Shown here: positions 55,703 to 62,865 of the stretch, piece by piece
How the letters are laid out: every line of letters begins with the position of its first letter
Position numbering within the stretch: the stretch's first letter is position 1
Assembly: GCA_965207265.1 (NCBI GenBank)
Contig: OZ242279.1
Span: 4,174,145 to 4,238,144 of the forward strand
Direction: 5' to 3'
DNA from: Vicinamibacterales bacterium
GTDB lineage: Bacteria; Acidobacteriota; Vicinamibacteria; Vicinamibacterales; UBA8438
DNA: 64,000 bases
Made by a program: the position numbers and the translations under genes
The notes under the pieces: model-generated
The model's database searches: none
What the model was told of the DNA's origin: nothing
What the model saw: the letters and a program-made list of their open reading frames with translations, nothing else

Positions 55703-57766
55703 ATGCCTCGACGTCATCGCTCGCTCGTCGTCACGGTCGCGTCGGCGGTCACGCTCGCGGCCCTCGTGGTCGGCCTCGCCGGACAAGGGCCAGAGCCGGG
55801 TCGCGGCTATCCCTCGACCGACTGGCCCTTCACCGGCGGCAACTGGTCCAGTTCGCGCTACTCGACGCTGGACGAGATCGCCGTCGACACGCTCGATCGC
55901 CTCGGCGCCGCGTGGGTGACGCCGCTCCCCGGCGGCGCGGCGTCGCGCTCGACCCCGGTGGTGCAGGATGGCGCCATCTACCTGACGGGCGGCGCCAACG
56001 TGTTCGCCTTCGACGCGCGCACGGGCGATCTCATCTGGCGCTGGCAGCCCGATCCCGACGCAGGGCGGGTGGTGTCGTGGCAGGGCGTGGTCGTGGCCGG
56101 CGACCTGGTCGTCTTCGGGACGCGCAGCGGGGAGGTGCTCGCGCTCGGCCGCGACAGCGGCGAGCTGGTGTGGGCGACGCGCGTCGGTAGCCCGGAGCAG
56201 ACCCGGGGCGAGGTGGTGACGACCGCGCCGATGTACGCGCGCGGCAAGGTGTTCGTCGGCCTCGCGAACGGCGACATCGGCGGGCAGGGCCGCGTGCTGG
56301 CCCTCGACGCGGCGACCGGCGAGGTGGCGTGGACCTTCTTCGTGGTGCCACGGCCGGGCGAGTTCGGCCACGAGACCTGGCCGCAAGACAGCGACTCGTG
56401 GGAGTACGGCGGCGGCGGCGTCTGGCTGGTCGGCACGGTCGATCCCGACCTGGGGATGGTCTACTTCTCGACGGGCAACCCGGTGCCGATGTTCGGGGGC
56501 GAGCTGCGCGAGGGGGACAACCTGTTCACCGCCTCCGTACTCGCGCTCGACATGGAGACGGGCGAGCTGCGCTGGCACTACCAGGTGGTGCGCCACGACA
56601 TCTGGGACGCCGACATCGCCACGCCGCTGCTGCTGTACGACACGACGGTCGACGGCGAGCCGGTAAAGGCGGTGGCCGCGATGCGGGCCGACGGCTACCT
56701 CTTCCTGTTCAACCGGGAGACGGGCGAGCCGTTGCTGCCCATCGAAGAGCGCGAGGTGCCGCAGGACCCGCACCAGCTCACGGTGCCGACCCAGCCGTTC
56801 CCGACGCAGACCGAGACCATCCTCTTCGAGTGCTCGTACTGGCGCGACCGGGTGCCGCCGCCGTTCCAGCTCAACTGCAGCAGCTACACGCCGCCGTCGG
56901 TGGACGAGCAGACGGTCGTCGCACCCGGGGTGCCCATCCCGCTGGTGCGGGTCACGCCGCTGGCGTTCTCGCCCGATACCGGCTACATCTACGCCCAGGG
57001 CCGCGCGCACGTCGGCCGCGCCCGCCGCTTCGCGGATCCGTTCGTCTGGAACACCGCGCGGTTCCACCTGACGCTGCCCGACGCGGTCGGTGTGCTGGCC
57101 GCCGTCGACACCGCGACCGGCCGCGTGGTCTGGAAGAACGAGATGCCGAGCGCGTTCCTCGGCACTAGCGGTCCCCTCGTCACCGCGGGCGGCCTGCTGT
57201 TCCGCGGCTCGCCCGGCGGACAAGTGGAGGCCTACGACGTCCGGACCGGCGACCGTCGCTGGGCCTTCCGCACGAGCGAGGAGGGGTCGCGGTTGCGTCC
57301 GAGCCCGGCGTCGACGTACGAGCTGGACGGCAGGCAGCACATCGCCATCGCGATGGGGCCCGCGCTCTGGGCATTTGCCCTCGACGGTCCGGTGCCGGCG
57401 CGCGGCGAGCCGTCGCCCGACCCGCCGGTGGACGATCAGCCCGCCGGCCCCGCCCCCCGCGAGACCGACGAGATCGAGACGGCGACCCTGCTCGAGAACC
57501 CGCGCGGCTCGGTCGGCGGCCGGCGCTATGCGTTCGACGAGTACAATTTCAACCCGATCCGCGCGCGGGTCAGCGCGGGCACGCGCGTCCGGTTCACCAA
57601 CAACGGCGAGATCCCCCACACCGTGGCCGCGCGCGACGGAAGCTGGAGTGCCGGCACGCTGAACCCGGGCCTGTGGGGCTTCGTCACGTTCGACGAGCCG
57701 GGGACGTTCCTCTACCACTGCGAGGACCATCCCTGGATGGTGGGGGAGATCACGGTCGATCCGTGA
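55703..57766 (+). CDS. Exported PQQ-dependent dehydrogenase-like propeller fused to a C-terminal amicyanin-like type-1 copper domain (copy B)
   Basis: This is the in-frame part of track ORF 55634..57766, starting at ATG 55703 after GAGGAGGG. It has the same 687-aa length as copy A and the same Cu-ligand pattern ('IPHTVAARDG', 'YHCEDHPWM'). Confidence 0.8.
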   Translation: MPRRHRSLVVTVASAVTLAALVVGLAGQGPEPGRGYPSTDWPFTGGNWSSSRYSTLDEIAVDTLDRLGAAWVTPLPGGAASRSTPVVQDGAIYLTGGANVFAFDARTGDLIWRWQPDPDAGRVVSWQGVVVAGDLVVFGTRSGEVLALGRDSGELVWATRVGSPEQTRGEVVTTAPMYARGKVFVGLANGDIGGQGRVLALDAATGEVAWTFFVVPRPGEFGHETWPQDSDSWEYGGGGVWLVGTVDPDLGMVYFSTGNPVPMFGGELREGDNLFTASVLALDMETGELRWHYQVVRHDIWDADIATPLLLYDTTVDGEPVKAVAAMRADGYLFLFNRETGEPLLPIEEREVPQDPHQLTVPTQPFPTQTETILFECSYWRDRVPPPFQLNCSSYTPPSVDEQTVVAPGVPIPLVRVTPLAFSPDTGYIYAQGRAHVGRARRFADPFVWNTARFHLTLPDAVGVLAAVDTATGRVVWKNEMPSAFLGTSGPLVTAGGLLFRGSPGGQVEAYDVRTGDRRWAFRTSEEGSRLRPSPASTYELDGRQHIAIAMGPALWAFALDGPVPARGEPSPDPPVDDQPAGPAPRETDEIETATLLENPRGSVGGRRYAFDEYNFNPIRARVSAGTRVRFTNNGEIPHTVAARDGSWSAGTLNPGLWGFVTFDEPGTFLYHCEDHPWMVGEITVDP

Positions 57767-57789
57767 CGCCTGTCTGGAGGACGAAGAGC

Positions 57790-59217
57790 GTGAGTGCGAA
57801 GAAGCTGGGCGGGTCGATGCTTTCGGCGGCGCTGCTGTTGGCCACACTAGGCCTCGGCGCCGGCGCCCAGGACACGCGGCTGCTCGACGCGGCCCGGGCG
57901 GCGGACTCGATGCGGGTGATGGCCCTTCTCGACCAGGGTGTCGCGGCGAATACCCGGCAGGCGGATGGCGCGACCGCCCTGCACTGGGCTGCCCACTGGG
58001 ACGATGCAACGATGGCGGACGCCCTCCTCGGGGCCGGCGCCGACGTAGACGCGGCGAACGACTTCGGCGCCACGCCGCTCTGGCTGGCCTGCCTCAACGG
58101 CAGCGAGACGATGGTCGCGGCCCTGCTGGCGGCCGGCGCCGACGCGAACGCCGCGCTGCCTTCGGGAGAGACGGTGCTGATGACCGCGTCCCACACCGGG
58201 TCGGCCAAAGCGGTGCGCCTGCTCGCGTCCCACGGGGCGGACCTGAACGCCCGGGAGCACACGCGGGGGCAGACGGCGCTGATGTGGGCGGTGGCCCAGC
58301 AGCATCCCGACGTGGTGGAGAGGCTGGTCGCGCTCGGGGCCGACGTCCATGCCCGCTCGGCCCCCCAGCCCCGGCGCATCCACACGCGGACCGCCGGGTT
58401 CAACCCGAGCGGGGTGATCGACACCGTGCTGGGCAGCAACACGCCGATCCTGTTCGCGGCCCGGCAGGGCAACCTCGAAGCCGCCAGGCACCTCGTGGCC
58501 GGGGGCGCCGACGTGAACGACACGGCGGCGACGGGCACCAGCGCACTCGTCGTCGCGGCGCACAGCGGCCATACGGCGCTCGCCCTGTTCCTGCTCGAGC
58601 AGGGCGCCGACCCGAATGCGGCCGAGGCCGGCTACTCCGCCCTGCACGCCGCCACGCTGCGCGGCGACGAGACGCTGACGGCGGCGCTGCTCGCGCGCGG
58701 CGCGGATCCGAATGCACCGGTGGTCCGTGGCAGCCAGGGCCGGCGCAACAGTCCCGACTACGTGCTGGATCACGATGTGGTCGGCGCCACCGCCTTCTGG
58801 CTGGCCGCACACTTCGCCGAGCCCGGCATCATGCGGGCGCTGGCCGACGGTGGAGCCGACCCGCAGATCGTGCTGGAGGACGGCAGGACGCCGCTGCTGG
58901 CGGCGGCAGCCGCCCGCCGCCGCCGGGAACCGGGACTGGCCCCGAACCCCGTTGAGGACGAACGGCTCGTGCTGGAAGCGGCGCGGACGGCGATCGAAGC
59001 GGGGGGCGAGGTCAACGCGGCGGATGCGGCCGGGAACACGGCGTTGCACACCGCTGCTCGGAGACGCCTCGACACAGTCGTCCAACTGCTGGCCGACAGC
59101 GGCGCCGACCTGCACGCCGTGAACGACAACGGGCAGACGCCGTTGGAGGTGGCCCGCGGGCGCGCTGGCCGCGACAACAGCACCGTCGAGCTGCTGCGCC
59201 GCCTCGGGGACGGCTAG
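57790..59217 (+). CDS. Exported ankyrin-repeat protein (paralog 3 of 3)
   Basis: A GTG start at 57790 (after GGAGGA) or ATG at 57817 is followed by the signal-like 'MLSAALLLATLGLGAGAQ'. It is collinear with the two other ankyrin proteins ('ADGATALHWAAHWDDATMADALLGAGADVDAANDFGATPL'). Confidence 0.8.
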   Translation: MSAKKLGGSMLSAALLLATLGLGAGAQDTRLLDAARAADSMRVMALLDQGVAANTRQADGATALHWAAHWDDATMADALLGAGADVDAANDFGATPLWLACLNGSETMVAALLAAGADANAALPSGETVLMTASHTGSAKAVRLLASHGADLNAREHTRGQTALMWAVAQQHPDVVERLVALGADVHARSAPQPRRIHTRTAGFNPSGVIDTVLGSNTPILFAARQGNLEAARHLVAGGADVNDTAATGTSALVVAAHSGHTALALFLLEQGADPNAAEAGYSALHAATLRGDETLTAALLARGADPNAPVVRGSQGRRNSPDYVLDHDVVGATAFWLAAHFAEPGIMRALADGGADPQIVLEDGRTPLLAAAAARRRREPGLAPNPVEDERLVLEAARTAIEAGGEVNAADAAGNTALHTAARRRLDTVVQLLADSGADLHAVNDNGQTPLEVARGRAGRDNSTVELLRRLGDG

Positions 59218-59847
59218 CTCTTCCAGTTCAGGCAGCGTCCCGGTCTCACCTGCCGGCCAGGGAAGCCCTTGAGCGGGCTCGATCTTCGCTATCCGTTCGT
59301 GGTTCTCGGCGAGTTCGCGGTTCACTTGGCCGAACCGCAGGTTCATTCTGTTGCTGAAGCCTTCGAACTGTCCGCCCGGCCACGGATCCGCGGCGAGGCA
59401 AATCCTCGCTTGTACGTTATCCTCCGAACCGTTGGAAGCCGGTCCATCGCATCGACAGTCCGGTTGCGGGATCGACTACGCGAGCGAAAGGAAACAGCAC
59501 GAACAGGTGCCTGCAAGTGAAATGGCGACGACTTGGACGCCGAAGACCCCGCAGGGGTCAGAGGTCCTCTCGCGCCCAACCGCGGCTAGCTGAGCCGTAC
59601 GAGAACACCAGCGTCGCATTCGGGACCCCACGGGTTCGCCGCTCACTGCCGGCCACCTACGGTGCCAGAGGTGCTCGGTTCCGGCGTCGTGGTGCAGCAC
59701 GACGGGCGTCGCATACCGACGCTCACGTCCCTTGACGCTGAAATCGAGGATCACATTGACATGGGGTTGTGGCATTACTTGGAGCCAGCCGATCCGGCGA
59801 AGCGCCACGCGACCAGCATGCAAGTGTGGCCCGGTAGGTAGGCCTAT

Positions 59848-62800
59848 ATGGTCGAAATCCGCGTTCGTGCACGCACCCTCGACATGCTCGGCCGCCAACA
59901 GATCGCCGGTGTGCCTACCGCAATCAGCGAGCTCTTCAAGAACTCCCACGACGCATACGCCCACAATGTGGAAGTGGATTTCTTTCGCCGTTCTGGGTTG
60001 TTCGTCCTGCGAGACGATGGGATTGGCATGTCGTATCGAGATTTTGTGGAACGATGGTTGACGCTCGGCACCGAGAGCAAGCTGAGCGCTAACCTCGGAG
60101 GCGTCTCTCAGCCACCTTCCGACCCTAGCCAAGCCAGCCGTCCAATCATGGGCGAGAAGGGGATCGGTCGCTTAGCGATCGCTGCGATTGGGCCCCAGGT
60201 GCTCGTCCTTACGCGTGCTAAGGCATCCGAAGAAGCCGACCATCTCGTTGCCGCCTTCATTCACTGGGGCGCATTTAGTCTCCCTGGCGTCGACCTGAGT
60301 GCCATCCAGATTCCCGTTCGGCTGTTGTCGGGGGGCACGTTGCCGTCAGCCGACGAAGTCTCCAGCATGGTCGCGGAGGTGCGAGAGAATATCACGGGTG
60401 TGGCTGTTGGCCTGCCGTCTTCGCTACCGGCTCGAATTCTAGCAGACCTCGACCGCTTTGATGTCGTTGTAGATGAGCTGTACGAGCGGCTTCCAGCCGG
60501 GCCGACGCTACGCGACAAGAAGTACGGAACACATTTTATCATTCTGCCGACAGAAGAGATACTGCCCGACGACATCGATGGGCGTGGAAGCGACGACATC
60601 GCTCCACCACTGATCAAGGTGTTGGTCGGGTTTGCGAACACGATGACCCCTGGGCATCCGCCTGCTACAATACAGGCCCGGTTCCGTGATCACTTGCGTG
60701 ATGGTATAGTCCATGAACGGATAGCGGGCTCCGCGTTCTTCACGCCCGACGAGTTCCAAAAGGCCGACCATCACGTCTTAGGCGAGTTCGACGAGTTTGG
60801 CCAATTTCGGGGAACCGTCCAGGTCTACGGCGCGGAAGCCGTCGACTATCTCTTGCCGTGGCCGGAGGCAGGTGGTCATCCCCTCCTATGTGGTCCACTG
60901 AAGATTAGTTTTGCCTATGTGCAGGGTGAAGCGCGAGCAACGAAGCTGCCTCCAGAAGATCATGCCCGACTAGTCGCGAAGCTCAACCGCATTGGCGGCT
61001 TGTACATATACCGCGATGGGATCCGAATCCTCCCGTATGGGAACTCAGACTATGACTTCCTGAACATTGAACAGCGACGCACAAAGAGCGCATCGTATTA
61101 TTTTTTTTCGTATCGTCGCATTTTCGGCGTGATCGACATCACCCGTGACGCCAACCCGAACCTCGTTGAGAAGGCGGGACGCGAAGGCTTTCGCGAAAAC
61201 CGCGCTTATCGTCAACTTAAGCGTCTGCTTGAGAATTTCTTCGTGCAGTTGGCAGCAGAATTCTTTCGTGAGGGGGGGTTGCGCGCCGAAGAGTTCGTCA
61301 AGACGCGGGATGATCTGGAGCGCAAGGAACTCCTGCGTCGCCGTCGTGCTACACAGGTCCGGGTCCGTCGCGCCGAGTTCGCAAAACACTTGGACGCCTT
61401 TTTTGAGGCTGCGAACGCCCGCGAACCGGAAAGGGCAGTCGGAAGCCTCTTGGAAGCGGCCAGCGAGAGATTTGCGGGGCTCGCGTCGTCGGAAGGCGAA
61501 GATGATGTCGCGCGAATGCTCCTGGACCTAGAGCAGGAAGTCACCGGTGCGCTGGCCAACATCGATGCGAAGTACAAGGCACGGCAGCCCAGGGGGTTCG
61601 GTTTGACGCGCGCCTTGCAGCGCGACTGGGACGCTTATCGGGCGGAACGCAAGCGGCTCGAAGGGCAGGTCTTTCATCCAGCGGCTGCACGTTTGGCTGA
61701 CCTTGTCGCGCAGCACGCTGTGCGCATGCGGGTGCGGTTGGACCACCGCCGACGCGTACAGCGTGCGGTAGAGAAGGTTAGCGAGGTTCACCGCAAACGG
61801 GCCCGTTCCCTGCAGCGGGAGACGCTGGAAGAGATGGAGCGGGTACAGGCACGTGTTGTCTCCGGGATACGGGACGGACTGATTGTCGTGGAGTCTGCGG
61901 TCCGTGAAACGGTCAGCGAGTTAGAACGGACGGACACGAGTTCGTTGGATGCGAGCAGCTATGAACTATTGCGCCGTACTCTTGAGGACCGGATTGCCGT
62001 GGCGGTAGACGGCGAGGTGCGCAATATAGTGAAGTTGAGGGAACAACTACAAAGCGTGGGCACCAGGGAGGGTTTGGAGCAGGCCGAAATGACAGATGCT
62101 CTTGAGGAGGAGCTGGAAGCGTTGCGTGAGCGGGACACTGCGGGACTGCAGTTGGCGCAGGTTGGGATGGCGCTCGGCGTCGTGCACCACGAATTTGCGA
62201 GTACAATTCAAGGAGTAAGGAACGGGCTCCGACGGCTCAAACCGTGGGCTGATGCTAACGAGAAGCTTCGTGTGCTTTATGGAGATATTCGTTCGCACTT
62301 CGAGCACCTCGACGGCTATCTTACGCTGTTTACTCCGTTGGATAGGCGGTTGCAGCGTCGCCGCGTGCGAATGAGAGGGGAGGAGATTCTCCAGTTCCTC
62401 ATGGATCTCTTCGGTGAACGCCTAAAGCGGCATGCCACGGAGTTGAGCGCGACCGTGGCCTTCCGTGAGAGGACCATTGTAGGATTCCGCTCCTCATTCT
62501 ACCCATGCTTTGTGAACCTGGTGGACAATGCGATCTTCTGGGTTACAAGTGGAAGCCCTGCGCGAAGACGCGAAATCATCCTGGACGCCGATGGTGACGC
62601 CCTTACGGTAACGGACAGTGGACCGGGCATCGGTCCCCGTGACGCAGAGGCTGTCTTTGAAATGGGCTTTACACGGCGGCCCGGTGGGAGAGGCATGGGG
62701 TTGTATATCTCTCGTCAGGCACTGCGTCATGTAGGATACGACGTCACATTGGATGCATTCGAGAATAGTCGGGGAGCACGGTTCCGCGTCTCGGCATGGA

Positions 62801-62865
62801 AGGAGGCACGTGAGGGCGGGAGCGATGGAGGTCGTACGCAGAGGGAGGTGAAGGGTCGTGAATGA
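59848..62865 (+). CDS. Cytoplasmic hybrid GHKL protein: N-terminal MORC/Hsp90/MutL-type ATPase (HATPase_c_3-like), coiled coil, and C-terminal histidine kinase core (DHp H-box plus HATPase_c)
   Basis: N-terminal Bergerat motifs are 'ISELFKNSHDAYA' (E28/N32/D35), 'DDGIGM' (aa 56-61) and 'GEKGIGRLA' (aa 102-110). A Glu/Arg-rich helical region spans about aa 480-770. The H-box 'GVVHHEFASTI' has H780/H781 at nt 62185-62190. The N-box is 'NLVDNAIFW' (N890), G1 is 'DSGPGIG' (D923) and G2 is 'GGRGMGLYISR'. No hydrophobic TM segment is seen. Confidence 0.8.
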   Translation: MVEIRVRARTLDMLGRQQIAGVPTAISELFKNSHDAYAHNVEVDFFRRSGLFVLRDDGIGMSYRDFVERWLTLGTESKLSANLGGVSQPPSDPSQASRPIMGEKGIGRLAIAAIGPQVLVLTRAKASEEADHLVAAFIHWGAFSLPGVDLSAIQIPVRLLSGGTLPSADEVSSMVAEVRENITGVAVGLPSSLPARILADLDRFDVVVDELYERLPAGPTLRDKKYGTHFIILPTEEILPDDIDGRGSDDIAPPLIKVLVGFANTMTPGHPPATIQARFRDHLRDGIVHERIAGSAFFTPDEFQKADHHVLGEFDEFGQFRGTVQVYGAEAVDYLLPWPEAGGHPLLCGPLKISFAYVQGEARATKLPPEDHARLVAKLNRIGGLYIYRDGIRILPYGNSDYDFLNIEQRRTKSASYYFFSYRRIFGVIDITRDANPNLVEKAGREGFRENRAYRQLKRLLENFFVQLAAEFFREGGLRAEEFVKTRDDLERKELLRRRRATQVRVRRAEFAKHLDAFFEAANAREPERAVGSLLEAASERFAGLASSEGEDDVARMLLDLEQEVTGALANIDAKYKARQPRGFGLTRALQRDWDAYRAERKRLEGQVFHPAAARLADLVAQHAVRMRVRLDHRRRVQRAVEKVSEVHRKRARSLQRETLEEMERVQARVVSGIRDGLIVVESAVRETVSELERTDTSSLDASSYELLRRTLEDRIAVAVDGEVRNIVKLREQLQSVGTREGLEQAEMTDALEEELEALRERDTAGLQLAQVGMALGVVHHEFASTIQGVRNGLRRLKPWADANEKLRVLYGDIRSHFEHLDGYLTLFTPLDRRLQRRRVRMRGEEILQFLMDLFGERLKRHATELSATVAFRERTIVGFRSSFYPCFVNLVDNAIFWVTSGSPARRREIILDADGDALTVTDSGPGIGPRDAEAVFEMGFTRRPGGRGMGLYISRQALRHVGYDVTLDAFENSRGARFRVSAWKEAREGGSDGGRTQREVKGRE

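Larger units (their letters stand above)
53530..57766 (+). repeat. Tandem direct duplication, period 2149 bp (start codon to start codon), covering the RBS plus the whole PQQ-cupredoxin gene
   Basis: The two units align without indels from the SD (ggagggCgccatg vs ggagggTgccatg) to the stop. By eye roughly nine of ten nucleotides are identical, and many differences fall at third codon positions. Confidence 0.85.

Noticed and set aside
59218-59346. The start of minus-strand ORF 57847..59346 ('MNLRFGQVNRELAENHERIAKIEPAQG...') looks protein-like for about 30 residues.
   Set aside because: The frame then runs antisense through the whole ankyrin gene as low-complexity sequence. I recognise no family. 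At best it is a remnant of a lost gene.
59218-59847. I searched the spacer for a tRNA or tRNA fragment, att-like direct repeats, an integrase or a small regulator gene. I also looked at short ORFs 59269..59520, 59351..59593, 59517..59735 and 59476..60132(-).
   Set aside because: There is no cloverleaf-compatible sequence (no GGTTCGAnnCC-type T-arm with a matching acceptor stem). The ORF translations are Arg/Cys/Ser-rich without motifs, and one overlaps the kinase start antisense. The region is kept only as a compositional-break finding.
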